Positions 1-13,354 of a DNA stretch of 64,000 nt are shown here, piece after piece. A model generated the notes under the pieces. The model searched no databases. It was not told the origin of the DNA and saw only the letters and a list, made by a program, of their open reading frames with translations. Position numbers and translations under genes: made by a program. The DNA comes from Heptranchias perlo (Eukaryota), in contig NC_090366.1 of NCBI RefSeq assembly GCF_035084215.1, positions 10,230,001 through 10,294,000 on the forward strand, written 5' to 3'. How positions within the stretch are numbered: position 1 is the first letter of the stretch; every line of letters begins with the position of its first letter.

Positions 1-1000
1 GGGGTAGGCCATTCAGCCCCTCGAGCCCGCTCCACCATTTGATAAGATCATGGCTTATCTGTGATCTAACTCCATATACCTGCCTTTGGCCCATATCCCT
101 TCATACCTTTGGTTGCCAAAAAGCCATCTATCTCAGATTTAAAATTAGCAATTGAGCTAGTATCAATTGCCGTTTGCAGAAGAGAGTTCCAAACTTCTAC
201 CACCCTTTGTGTGTAGAAGTGTTTTCTAATCTCACTCCTGAAAGCTCTCGCTCTAATTTTTAGACTGTGCCCCCTACTCCTAGAACCCCCAACCAGCGGA
301 AATAGTTTCTCTCTATCCACCCTATCCGTTCCCCTTAATATCTTATAAACTTCGATCAGATCACCCCTTAACCTTCGAAACTCTAGAGAATACAACCCCA
401 ATTTGTGTAATCTCTCCTCGTAACTTAACCCTTGAAGTCCGGGTATCATTCCAGTAAACCTACGCTGCACTCCCTCCAAGGCCAATATGTCCTTCCGAAG
501 GTGCAGTGCCCAGAACTGCTCACAGTACTCCAGGTGCGGTCTAACCAGGGTTTTGTATAGCTGCAGCATAACTTCTGCCCCCTTGTACTCCAGTCCTCCA
601 GATATAAAGGCCAGCATTCCATTAGCCTTATTGATTATTTTCTGCACCTGTTCATGACACTTCAATGATCTATGTACCTGAACCCCTAAGTCCCTTTGGA
701 CATCCACTGTTTTTAACTTTTTACCATTTAGAAAGTACCCTGTTCTATCCTTTTTTTGGTCCAAAGTGGATGACCTCACATTTGCCTACATTGAATTCCA
801 TTTGCCACAGTTTTGCCCATTCACCTAATCTATCAATATCCCTTTGTAATTTTATGTTTTCACCTACACTGCTTACAATGCCACCAATCTTTGTGTCATC
901 GGCAAACTTAGATATGAGACTTTCTATGCCTTCATCTAAGTCGTTAATAAATATTGTGAATAATTGAGGCCCCAAGACCGATCCCTGCGGGACTCCACTA
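1..1000 (-). mobile_element. CR1-type LINE, 3' part of ORF2 (RT C-terminus) and 3' tail
   Basis: ORFs 745..975 ([20 protein letters not shown]) and 66..779 ([21 protein letters not shown]) are CR1 RT motifs split by a frameshift. Confidence 0.92.
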
Positions 1001-1002
1001 TT

Positions 1003-1873
1003 CCACTCTCATCCCAGGAATAAATCTAGTGGACCTTTGTTGTACCGCCTCTAAGGCAAGTATATCCTTCCTTAGGTAAGGAGACCAAAATTGTACACAG
1101 TACCCCAGATGTGGTCTCAACAAAGCCCTGTACAACTGCAGCAAGACTTCCTTACTTTTGTATTCCAATCCCCTTGCAATAAGGCCAACATACCATTTGC
1201 CTTCCTTAGTCCTTGCTGTACTTGCATGTTAACTTTCTGTGTTTCATGTACAAGGACACCCAAATCTCTCTAAACACCAACATTTAATAGTTTCTCACCA
1301 TTCAAACAATTTTCTGTTTTTCTATTTTTCCTACCAAAGTGAATAACCTCACATTTCCCCACATTATACTCCATCTGCCACCGTCTTGCCCACTCACTTA
1401 GCCCTTGATTGACTTGTTGTGTCCTCCTCACAGCTTACTTTCCCACTTAGCTTTGTATCATCAGCAAACTTGGATACATTACACTTGGTCCCTTCATCAA
1501 AGTCATTAATATAGATTGTAAAGAGCTGAGGCCCAAGCACTGATTCTTGCGGCACCCCACTAGTTACAACCTGCCAACCAGAAAATGACCCGTTTATTCC
1601 TGCTCTCTGTTTTCTGTTGTTAACCAACTATTAATCCATGCTAAAATATTACCCTCAATCCCATGAGCCCTAATCATGCATAACAACCTCTGATGTGGCA
1701 CTTTATCGAATGCCTTTTGAAAATCTAAATACGTTACGTCCAGTGGTTCCCCCTTATCTACCCTGCTCGTTACTCCCTCAAAAAAAACTCTAAATGGTTT
1801 TGTCAAACACGATTTCCCTTTCATAAAACAGTGTTGACTCTGCCCAATCATATTATCATTTTCTAAGTGTCCT
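1003..1873 (-). mobile_element. Older degenerate CR1 LINE fragment, interrupted on the left by the previous element
   Basis: ORFs 1594..1851 ([13 protein letters not shown]) and 1394..1627 ([17 protein letters not shown]), frameshifted. Confidence 0.88.
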
Positions 1874-3169
1874 GATGTACATTAGTGAATCAGAAGATTT
1901 TTGATGACAATCCGACAGCTTTCATGGTCATTTTTCTGATGCCTGCCCATAATTTCCCAGATCTTATTTAATTCAATTTCTTAACTTGCCATCATACGAT
2001 TTGAGCCCATGGCGTCTGGGTACGTCGTCTACCACAATATCAACGACAGTAATGTTCCCTAGCTGTGCAGCAATGAACTAAGAAATCAGATTTTTACATT
2101 AAATAGGTTTGTAGTTAACCCTCTCTTAACTCGTCTATGTAATCAGAGATAAGAACAACCAAGGCTGTAAACTTTTCTAAGAATTGTTTTTATTAACATT
2201 AAAACTCAACAGTTTTACAAATGAAGATTCATGCAATCATTAAGTCAGTAGTACAACTCCCTTCTTTCACATTAGCATGGCTGCTCTTATACCATTCTCG
2301 CATACAAAGGAAAGCTTTTCAGTAACTTTCCCCTCTCACTTGCCCACGGTTACGCAGACTGATGATATGGAAATGGCAGCTGGTGTTCTAACGATTTCCC
2401 ACAGTCTCTCAAGGCCTCCTTATCCATAGCCTTCCACACAGTCTGAATAACATTTTCCGAATGTGGCCAACCTTCCCAGCATGCCGCCATGAACAGTCAG
2501 TTTAACAGTTCCTTTGTTGAATTAATACTTTTAGCCAAACTCGGCTCCTCCAGCAGGCAAATAATGCAGGATTTCTAGCCCATCCTTTCAGTCTCCTTAA
2601 ACCTGGTATTGAGAAGTCCAAAATCCTCCAGGTTAAAATCGCTTTCAAAATTGTAGGTGAAAGAATTCATCAAATGTTCATTCCTCGCCGTGAGGAGCAG
2701 TAGGATTTACACAAGAGGCTATGAAATTAAACAAAATGTCCAACCAAGAGTGTAGGATTTGCTTGAAGTATTAGCTAATTTAACACCTTTTCTTGCGTTT
2801 TAAGTAGAGATAAACGAAAATCGGCAAGCATGAGAACCAGGAAGTAAGTTATCTTCATTCTATTCCTTCGCATGCTGAATGATCAACATTTTGTGAAGGC
2901 TATTTTTTGTTTCACCGTCTAGTTCATTCTCATTTTGCCCCTCCCTCTTTCCTTTAGGCGGAGAAATCCATGTCTCCAATGTTTAAGGGTCTCGGATGAA
3001 AGGCCTAAGGAGGAAGATGATTAGAAGGAAACACATCTCATTCTGTTTGCACCCTGATTGTTACTCTGACACTTAACCTTCCTCTAAAGTCCCTGTGGAT
3101 TTCCCCCATCAATTTCGTAGGGCGGTTTGCATCTTGTTTGGAGACAATGCTCGTTCGTTTTCCTAAATG

Positions 3170-3488
3170 CACTCCAGTGCAGTACTGAGGGCGTGCTGCA
3201 CTGTCGGAAGTGCTGTCTGCTGGCTTTGGGATGAGACGCCAAACCGAGGCCCCGTCTGCTCTCTCAGGTGGAGGTAAAAGATCCCACGGCCGCTATTTCG
3301 AAGAAGAGCAGGGGAGTTCTCCCCGGTGCCCTGGGCCCTCGACCAACATCACTACAACAGATTGTCTGGTCATTATCACATTGCTGTTTGTGGGAGCAAT
3401 AGTGACTACACTTCAAATGCACACCATGGGCTGTAAATTGTTTGAGGACATTCAGAGGCATTATCGAAATGCGAGTCTTTCTTTTTTC
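3170..3488 (+). mobile_element. Deu-domain SINE (SacSINE1/AmnSINE1-like), partial
   Basis: gcagtactgagggcgtgctgcactgtcgg...aaaagatcccacgg...gaagaagagcaggggagttctcc, tail aaatgcgagtctttc; same core recurs at about 19.2, 22.5, 39.1, 43.2 and 44.7 kb; family name from recall. Confidence 0.75.
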
Positions 3489-4934
3489 TATGAATCGCTT
3501 TCAAGGTTCCTGTGTGTTTCCTGCTCTCCTGTCAAACACTGTGTGGTTTTACAATTGTGGGCTGTTTTGCCAAGTAAATTAAGGAATTCTGGAAGGAACA
3601 GACAAATGTAAACATACAAAATATATGATGGAAATTGTCTCATGTGCGTTTGCAAATGTTCACTGACCTGGATTCTATTATTATTATTTTCTGTATTTAT
3701 TTCAAATTCCCAGCATTTGCAGTTTTTACATAAATAATGTTGCATTATTAGTTTCTCTTTACAATTCATTTATATTTCAATAAAACACCTATCTAGTTGA
3801 TGGACAGTTCATTCTTCCTGCGGTCTCGTCCGGGCTATGTTTGCTTGGTAACGCTGTGTTTGAGCCTGCCTATAAATCTCTGAGTACATGTGATTATTTC
3901 CAGATGTTTGTATCTGCCTGTGCATCTATGTGTGTACCAGTGAGTCTGTCTCTGTCTGGGAGACCGTTCATCTTTCTATGCGTGCTTGTCTGGGAGAGAA
4001 TGCGTGTATGCGAGTCTGTGCGGGTATCTGTGCGTTTGTGAGCCTGTATATGTATGTCTGTCTCCCTGGGTGAATTTATACATACCTCGTTTTTTGCCTC
4101 TGGTCCTCTCCTCAAAATGCTGACTGGTGTAGCTTCAACGCACCGATGTTTCTCTACCGACTCTGCTCAGTGACCGTTCTCTACTTGTGTGGATGAAATT
4201 TCCATCCATTCACTGGGACCCATCAACGCACACTTTGAGTTGAAATTAGTCCGGGCGGTAATCGTATCGACCGCCTGTTATAATTCCCGCCCAGTCCAAT
4301 TTTCCTCAATAGAAGTGAATATCAAATAGGGCCTATAACAAGCGGCCATGTAATAACACCCGTTTCGGGCCACTATCTTAGACGAATTTCTAGCCCAATA
4401 GATCACGTTATTATCTCGGTTTTAATAGTTGCAAAACCAATTAAAATATAACAGATTACATGATACTAAACTGGAAATGGAATGCTATCAATTACGGCAT
4501 AATTGTGGATAATGTTGGAGTTGTAATCTAGTTTGTGGCATTTCTTAAATGCTCTGTTTATAATATTGATCAAATCACATTAACAGGGAATGGCAATGCT
4601 GGTTTACAAAGAAAAAAAGTTTTTGTAGTTAACAATAAACAGTGATTTATTTTTAAGTGAATTTCTAATCTGTGTTAGTTATTGCGGCTGTATATTCCAC
4701 CTTGGTTTCAGCCCTTTAATGCTGCTGGTTCCAAGCAGCCTGTCCCTATACAGTGCGAAGGATATGGTGCAGCTCCAATTATATTGTGACAGCTTATCTA
4801 CCTCATTCATGGTATCACTCAAATACATTTTCGGTGTTGGCAAGAGGTGTCATTACTGGCAGAGAGGCGAGTGCTCCAAAGATCGATCTTGTTGATTGGG
4901 GCTATGTATTGGTGAATTTTGGGATCAACTGAGA

Positions 4935-5045
4935 CTGAGCACAGATCACTTCACCAGTCAGTGTTAAACCAAACTGGGCCTTGGAACTGAGCACAGATCA
5001 CCTCACCAGTCAGTGCTAAACCAAATTCGGATCTGGGACTGAACA
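4935..5045. repeat. Two units of a ~51-bp tandem repeat related to the arrays at 23.6 and 28.3 kb
   Basis: actgagcacagatcacytcaccagtcagtgytaaaccaaa repeated twice. Confidence 0.7.
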
Positions 5046-5593
5046 TGTATATGAGAAGCGCCTGCCAATCTATAATCTTCCTTAACCTACAGCAATTAAC
5101 CTCTGATTGACTTCAGGATTTGGCTCCTTACTGCAATTATACTTGTGGCTTTCATTGGACAACTCCTGTAACCTTCTCAAGGGCAATTAGGGATGGGCAA
5201 TAAATGCCGGCCTCGCCAGCGACACCCACATCCCATGAACGAATAAAAAAAAATCTTGAACTTCATATTAGCAGTGTAATAATACACCGGGGTAAATTAT
5301 CAACTTAACCTCCCCCCGGTACAAAAATTGAGTTGTGGATCGGCTGCCCGTTATAGAAACCGTCGATTTTCATTTGTAGTAAAATTAATGGAAATTAAAA
5401 TGGGGTGGTTTTGCAATGAGTGGTGAATCAGTAATGCCTGTTTCCATCCCTGGGGGGCAAGTGAAAAATCTAAGTCAATGTGTTTTCATGGCCTGTTTAG
5501 AATTCCTACACTATTCTGACACTGGCATTTCAAGACTAGTTTATCACTTGTACGCGATTATCAGAGTGAAAATTCAACCCAATAATATGCAAT

Positions 5594-6013
5594 ATGAGAT
5601 TGGATAGGCTGGGGTTGTTTTCCTTGGAGCAGAGGAGGCTGAGGGGAGACTTGATTTAGGTGTACAAAATTATGAGGGGCCTAGATAGAGTAGACAGGAA
5701 GTACCTGTTTCCCCTCGCGGAGAGTTCAAGAACTAGCTGATTGGCGGAAGGATTAGAGGGGACACGAGGAAAAACTTTTTTACCCAGAGGGTGGTGGGTG
5801 TATGGAATTCGCTGCCCAAATTGGTGGTAGAGGCAGGGACCCTCAACTCTTTTAAAAAGTACCTGGACCTGCATCTATAGTGCTGTAAGCTGCAGGGCTA
5901 CGGACCGGGTGCTGGAAGGTGGGATTAGAATGGGTTGTTCTTCGAGCCGGCGCAGACACGATGGGCCGAATGGCCCCCTTCCGTGCTGTATCTTTTCTAT
6001 GGTTCTATGGTTC
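5594..6013 (+). mobile_element. CR1 3'-end fragment
   Basis: ggagcagaggaggctgaggggagacttgat (EQRRLRGDL) through a ttctatgg-repeat tail. Confidence 0.85.
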
Positions 6014-6834
6014 CAAGGTAATGGAATCTAGTCTCATTAATGGCTATAAGGGTTTGACATGAAGAGTTTGAGCAGAGCGCAGATCAAAATGGCTCATCTT
6101 TAATTCAGCATCGTCACACAGTGCCATTTCAAAACCAGTTCGATATTTCATTGAGAGATAATTTCAAAGCTGACGATTTTCCATTGTTTATCATGCAAAC
6201 AAAACCCAAAAAGAAGAACTCCATCTGAACAAAACCATGAGCTCATCGATTCTAATTTTGACTATAATGTTCCAACAGAAAACCTCGGACAGCTGCACAT
6301 TGGAAATGCAGAACTAATGTTAGAACAGTGTAAAAATGTATAGGTTACCATTAATAGTCTTAATGCATGAAAGTACTAGATATTATGGTAGAGGGGCACT
6401 GGCACTTTAAAGTGAGCTTGAGAATGTCGACCTCACCCTAACTACACCAGTTGAAAACTAACCCAATAATATGTAATGGAATCTAGTCTCGTTGATGGCC
6501 GTAAGGATTTAATATGAAGACTTTGAGCAGTGCCATGCAGATAGGGAGCTCATATCAAAATGGGCCCTCTTTAATTCAGCATTAAAGTGACAGCAATTCG
6601 TAGAGAGGCCACAAAGGGGTGAACACTTCAAACCTCAAGCTAGTGCATGAAATGGGATTGTTGTAAGAGTAACTGAGACTAAGAGAGGCGCTGGGTGCGG
6701 TGCGAGCTGGCACCATTAATAACTGATACCTGAAGAGTATCTCCAATTTGTATTTTCAGTGAACTGAAAACAGTTCAAATTCAGCCCACATCTTAGCCAA
6801 GGGTATTCATTAATGGATCTATTCTAGGAGTATG

Positions 6835-8195
6835 GATTCATAGATTCATAGAAATTTAAGGCAGAGAAGGAGGCCATTTGGCCCATCATGTCTGTGTTGG
6901 CTGAAAAAGAGCTATTCATCCGAATCCCACTTTCCAGCTCTTGGTCTGTAGCCTTGTAGATTATGGCACTTCATGTGCATATCCAAGCACCTTTTAAATG
7001 AGTTGAGGGTTTCTGCCTCTACCACCCTTTCAGGCAGTGAGTTCCAGACCCCCACCACCCTCTGGCTGAAAAATTATTTCCTCAGCTCCCCTCTAATCCT
7101 AGCAATTACTTTAAATCTATGCCCCCTGGTTATTGACCTCTCTGCTAAGGGAAATAGGTCCTTCCTATCCACTCTACTTAGGCCTCTCATAATTTTATAT
7201 CCCTCCATTAAATCTCCCCTCAGCCTCCTCTGTTCCAAAGAAAACAACCCCAGCCTATCCGATCTTTCCTCATAGCTAAAATTCTCCAGTCCTGGCAACA
7301 TCCTCTCAAATCTCCTCTGTACCCTTGTGGAAATGCATAAAGAGATACCTGACCAAATTAACTTTCTAATACCCTTAAACCATAAAAAAGAAGAAATGCA
7401 TGATGGATATTTGACCATATTAACTCTTTGGCTCCCATAATGGGGTAGCTACAGCACACACACACACAGAAAGGCACAATTGTGTAATTACGTTTAAGCC
7501 TTGGTATGTTGATAATTAAGTTAGCTGAGCAGGTGCTTAGTACTGTCTGCCCCCACCCCCCCCCCGAGCGGATAAGGGTATTGCTGACTATAAAATATAA
7601 TGAGAATACAGTTTCTTCAAAGGTCATGTGGCCTCGAGACTGACTTCAGTCCTACTGATAACCAGCTCAGGAATGTAGGGAGGATAGTGTGCTCAGGCCT
7701 ACGAGGCCTACGTGCCAATATAGGAATGAGCTATGGACGTCCAGAGGGGGCAGGCTCACTACTTGATTGACCAACTACCTGAACCAATAAAGAATGTACA
7801 TGTACGCCCATATTCTACGACAGGTGGGCGTACACGATTAACTGTATAAACATGAAGCTGTCTCACTGACTCGAAGAAGCTGTGCCTTCAACGTTTGCTT
7901 GAGGGCGCTCTTCCCTTGTATACAAGTCAATTAAAGTAAAACTTTTCCCTTTGTGATACTGGTCTGAGTGTGTTAGTGCATTGGTATAGTGTTAAGTTTC
8001 GACACCCTCTCTAGTGCAATCACATCTCTCCTGTAATGTGGTGAGCAGAACTGTATGCAGTACTCTAGCTATGGCCTAACCAGTGTTTTATACAGTTCTA
8101 GCATGTTCTTATATTCTATACCTTGGCAAATAAAGGCTAGTATGCCGTATGCTTTCTTAACCACCTTATCTACCTGCCCTGCTACCTTCAGGGAT
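6835..8195 (-). mobile_element. CR1 3' fragment interrupted by a solo LTR (7326-8004)
   Basis: ORF 7074..7418 switches into VQRRFERMLPGL...EQRRLRGDL; CR1 sequence resumes after 8004. Confidence 0.85.
7326..8004 (+). mobile_element. Solo LTR (LTR retrotransposon or ERV), 679 bp
   Basis: Starts TGTGGAAA, ends TTTCGACA (7/8 inverted terminal match, TG...CA); 4-bp target duplication ccct at 7322-7325 and 8005-8008; TATA-like tataaa near 7845 and attaaa near 7930. Confidence 0.8.
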
Positions 8196-9025
8196 TGTTT
8201 ATAAGTATAGATCATAGACTGAAATTAAATGAAGATGTGTATTTAATTAATTGAATTTAAATTCCCCAGCTGTTGTAGCAGGATTATGAACTCATAGATT
8301 TTTAGTCCGGGGCTATTACCAGTCCAGTAACATAACCACTATGCTACCGTACCCAGTTGACATAATTCTATGGTTCTATGAGCTAGTCAAGTGGTTGCTG
8401 TGTTTTATGGCCGGAATATTGGTTGCCCAGAATTATTAAAAGACGCTGAGATGCTGAGTTTTGCAATTTGTATGTTGGTCATTTCACAACAAATGCCACA
8501 ATTACAAATAAAGACGTGTGAAATCGAGAGCTCCAGAGAGAGGTGGGAGTTATTTGTTGCATATTTTCTAAAATAAGTTTCTGGAAACACTGACATATTT
8601 ATCGTGCGTCCTTGTAAATGTGAAGAAAAGAAGGTTTTTCGCCTAGATATAAACCGCCCATGTGCACCCTGACTAATTCTCCTACTCCTGTTATAACACA
8701 TGGCAGGGAAATCCCAGGCACACTTCTGTATTTCAAACATCCAGGATACATCTGCTCAACAGATGCTTTTGTTTGTGCAAGGGGAGTCTGTGCAGCATTT
8801 GCAGGTAGTGCCATCAGTCCACGGTCCCTAGAGGGTGAACTGCCACTGTCGAGTGCTTGTCCAGACTGGATAAAATCGGCCACCACAAACTCCTTGATAA
8901 TCTTCCCACAATCTTCCCAGGCTAGCTCCGTGATATTGAACACCGAGAGCGAGTGGCGTCTCGTCTTTTCTTATCCTGAACTCCATTTCTGAATCTATCG
9001 GTGTAAACCTGAATTATGCCCACTC

Positions 9026-9074
9026 ATGAAGTGCTTCGGATTTTCCTTCCTCGTTGTCCTGCCGTTTACAGAAG
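9026..9074 (+). CDS. Siglec-like copy 1, signal-peptide exon (MKCFGFSFLVVLPFTE)
   Basis: ATG, hydrophobic leader, phase-1 donor gaag|gtaaat matching the leader-exon end of copies 2 and 3. Confidence 0.75.
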
Positions 9075-9772
9075 GTAAATCGTTTACTTTGTCTTTACAG
9101 AAGCCACCAGAGTTGGCGCAATGAGACTCTTTGCAATGGAGGTAAACTTGCATCAACAGTCAGGTTACAAGTGCTGGGTTGGTGGTTTCACCAATTGTTC
9201 GCTGGATCTGGGATTTGCATGGATGGAAACATGCTCTCCGACACCTATCCCCAAACAATACCTGGTCATTATCTCATTGCTGTTTGTGGGATCTTGCTGT
9301 GCGCAAATTGGCTGCTGCGTTTTCCTTTACTGCAATAGGGACTACACATCAATAGTGCTTCATTGTCTTTAAAGCGCTTTGGAACATCCTGAGGTCGTGA
9401 AAGGCCCCAGATTGTTCCTTCTTGCAAAAGGTTGGTGTTTTAAAGTAATTTGATTTCAAAGATGGAGTTGGTCCAATGCGCCATACAGACCAGGAAGGTC
9501 CAACCTTTCATCTCCGCCAAGTGTCGAGTTAGCCAATCACAGTCAGGGCTGATACGATTGGCCTCAATAATCCTTAGTTGAGAGGCGGGGAAGAAGAACT
9601 GGTCAGAGTTCTGCTTCTGAACTCCTGAATCCAGTGACTCCTCCTGGCAATGACGGCATTGGGTTAGACTTTTACTCCCTGCTTCCCTCCAGCAGTTGAA
9701 TAGCCCACCAACATTTAATGTCCAGTCTCACACACAAAGAATGGCCATTTAAGCAACGTACCAGAAGACCAC

Positions 9773-11450
9773 AGGGGGAAAATTGGATCGGGCCTGTTTT
9801 GGGGCGGGGGTAGCACGATCCGCTATTACCCCGCGCCCAATGGTCACTGCGCGGGCAGGATGAGATTTTCGTCAAGTCTGAGGACTTACCTGCAATCTGC
9901 GTTGGAAATCAGCGTGAATGAGGATTCCATGCAATTCGCACTTTCCACCAGCAGGGGAGCTCCAGTCTCTTAAAGGCAGGCTGTCTGTTAGAAATCTCTT
10001 AAAGGGAGCTGCTACCTGTTGCTTGCTGAATATAACAGCCTGCTGTCTGCAGGGAGTCTGAATAGAGATCAAACACTGCACACGTAAAGCACAGATGCAG
10101 GTCCCATCCCTATGTTTACATACTGATGAGTTATGTTAAAACATTGAATAAAGGTTGCACACCACTAAATCCCACATCCTCCAATCTGCATGCCAGACCT
10201 CGCCAAACTGCTGATCTGAGAGTCCGTGCACCAAGGTTCTCTGCTGATGCACCAGAGGTCTTGATGCAAGAGGTGGACAGAAGGAGGGACATCCTATACC
10301 CACGGAGGGGGTGGGGAGCAAGAGGCCCTCCAGACATATGCCCAAAAGGCAGTGGGAGGCAGTAGGGGATGAAGTCAATGCCAGGGGCACAGCATCATGA
10401 ACATGGATGCAGTGCAGGAAGAAGTTCAATGCTTTGACATGAGTGGTCAAGTTGAGTGAGGTCAACTGTCAAGTGGCATCTCCTACCAATTGCACCACTA
10501 GCTGCATCCACTGCTCCACACACTACACCCAACACCCACCTACCAACAAACTCATTCCATCAGTACTCAACTCTTCCAATCAGATGCATCCTCTGACCCT
10601 CACACATTACCACTATTGCAAACCACCGACCCACAACTCACAGGCCACACACACTGGCAGCTATTCAACCATGACAGGCACATCACTCAGGCACACGCCC
10701 CGCTTTCTTGCAGGAGAAGGTGGCGCATATCAGTAGGCAGCAAGTGGCAGTGGCATTCAGCCCCTCGAGCCTGTTCTGCCATTCAATGAGATCATGGTGG
10801 ACCTGTGACCTAATTCCATATACCCGCCTTAGCCCCATATCCCTTAATACCCTTGGTTCACAGAAATCTATCAATCTCAGATTTAGAATTCAGAATTGAG
10901 TTACCATCAGCTGCCGTTTGCAGAAGAGCTTTGCAAACTTCTCACACCCTTTGCGTGTAGAAGCATTTCCTAACTTCACTCCTGTACGTCCTGGCTCTAA
11001 ATGTTAGGTTATGTCCGTAGTCCAAGTATTCAAGTATAGGAGACCTCCAAAAACAGTTACAAATGTCTCGGCAGCCAGAAGCAACAATCCAGCCACTAAC
11101 CTGTAAATCCTGCATGGTCCCTTTAAATAGCGCTGGTGGGGGGGGTCCTCCAGGCACTCTAAGACACGCTCAGATGGTCGGGGTTAAGACTGTACATTGA
11201 GTTGAGCGTTAAGTCCCAAAATGGTGTCTATCACTTTAAATCAGCGTTTCACACTGATTGAAGCCATTTTCTCCCTACTTTACATGATTCTAGCGTTCGT
11301 TATCTGCGCCTGCGCCAACTCCTATACCAAGATGGCGTCTGGTGCATGTCACGCTGGAAACATGCGTGCGCATCCAAGATGCCATCTTGGATGTCATAGA
11401 GGCCGTGTTGCGCTGAAATAACGGGCGCTACATTGTCCAATTTAGCACCC
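9773..11450 (+). mobile_element. Harbinger-like DNA transposon derivative with degenerate Myb/SANT-like coding remnant; contains a CR1 tail near 10750-11030
   Basis: Termini ggggaaaattgga ... tccaatttagcacccc; RAPRFSADAPEVLMQEVDRRRDILYP (ORF 10126..10365) followed out of frame by WMQCRKKFN. Confidence 0.7.
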
Positions 11451-11451
11451 C

Positions 11452-12425
11452 ACGGTCCGCCCATGCCACCAGCCCGTCTATATCCTCTTGAAGTCTATCA
11501 CTATCCTCCTCACTGTTTACTACACTTCCAAGTTTTGTATCATCTGCAAATTTGAAAATTGTGCCCTGTACACCCAAGTCCAAGTCATTAATATATATCA
11601 AGAAAAGCAGTGGTCCCAGCACCGACCCCTGGGGAACACCACTGTACACCTCCCTCCAGTCAGAAGTTCAATCGTTCACCACTACTCCCTGTTTCTTGAC
11701 CCTTAGTTAATTTTGTATCCATGTTGCCACTGCCTCTTTTATTCCATGGGCTTCACTTTTATTGAGAAACTTATTATGTAGCACTTTATCAAACACCTTT
11801 TGGAAGTCCATAAACACAACATCAAACACATTGCCCTCATCGACACTCTCTGTTGCCTCATTCAAAAAAGTCAACCAAGTTCGATAAACACGATTTGGCT
11901 TTAACAAATCCATGCTGGCTTTCCCTTATTAATCCACACTTGTCCAAGTGACTATTAATTTTGTTCGGGATTATTGTTTGTAAAAGCTTCCCCACCAGCG
12001 AGGTTAAGCTGACTGGCCTATAGTTGCTGGGTTTATCCTTACACCCTTTTTTGGACAAGGGTGTAACATTTGCAATTCTCCAGTCCTCTGGCACCACTCC
12101 CATATCTACAGATGTTTGGAAGATTATGGCCAGTACCTCCGCAATTTCCACCCTTACTTCCCTCAGCAACCTGGGATGCATCCCATCCAGACCGGGTGAC
12201 TTATCTATTTTAAGTACAGCCAGCCTTTGGACTTTCTCCTCTTTATCAACTTTTATCCTATACAGTATCTCAACTACCTCCTCCTTTACTGTGGCTTTGG
12301 CCGTATCTTCTTCCTTGGTAAAGACAGACGCAAAGTACTCATTTAGTACCTCTGCCATGCCCTCTGTCTCCATGCGTATATCTCTTTTTTGGTCCCTAAT
12401 TGGCCCCACCCCTTCGCTTACTATC
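11452..12425 (-). mobile_element. CR1 LINE internal ORF2 fragment
   Basis: ORFs 11858..12481 ([20 protein letters not shown]), 11707..11913, 11428..11649 ([16 protein letters not shown]). Confidence 0.9.
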
Positions 12426-12775
12426 TGTGGTAATGTGCATTTACTGGCTAATTTAATGAATATTGAATAGACATGCAACATATATTTACATTAATGTAAG
12501 TTAAATGGAAATTTTAATGGACATCCACTTACTTTTTGGTGGAGAGAATGGTTTTTAAAACACGTATAAAATAGGTTGTGCGATGGACAGTTAAATGGAT
12601 ATTGGGAATGGTATTTAATTGGTATTTGAATGGATCGTTAAAGGGAATTTTAACTGCTATTGAAATGTAGTGAGCGGTTCTTTCGTAGTTTAATGGATAT
12701 ATTAATAAATATTTAAGCAGTATTAGAATGGATATTGGATAAACACTTAAAGAGTGTGTAATTTTTTTTTCTCAG

Positions 12776-13156
12776 TTCTTTGCGGCATTCCATGGTCCGT
12801 GGTGATGCCGCAATTTCTGTCGACTGTGACCGGCTCGTGTGCAATGATTCCTTGTACGGTCAAACATCCAGTTTACGACAGAAGCCCAATAGCGATGTGG
12901 TTAATGGAGGATCCTCATCTAAGTATCTCTGAGTTCTCTATTCTCTACAATTCGGGAGATCCAGTTGGGAGCCACTCTAACTACAGTGGGAGAGTTGAAT
13001 TTATGGGCAACCTCAGTAATAAACAATGTTCCTTACTGATAAAGGATATCAGAAAGAGTGACGAGGGTGTACATTACTTCAGGGTAAACGTGTCGTTTCC
13101 TTGGTTTAATGATACATCTCAGATCTCCGAGTCTAAGATTTCTCTTTCTGTTTTAG
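12776..13156 (+). CDS. Siglec-like copy 1, V-set Ig exon (open, 381 nt)
   Basis: ttctcag| acceptor, |gtaagt donor; WSVVMP...GSCAMIPC...KQCSLLIKDI...DEGVHYFR with the Siglec Cys pattern and Arg codon at 13081-13083. Confidence 0.88.
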
Positions 13157-13354
13157 GTAAGTTTCTTTCCCATTTATTCATGTTTTTATTATTCTAGCTC
13201 TTCAGTGTGAATGCCTCGAGCATGCAAATGAGGTGATGTCCCTCCTTAACTCAAAGGGTAATAGAAACATAGGGTGTAGATGAAAGACGAGATGATTATT
13301 ATCCAATTCTCTGATATATTGTGACTCAAATACCCACTTCCATCCTTAGGTTAG

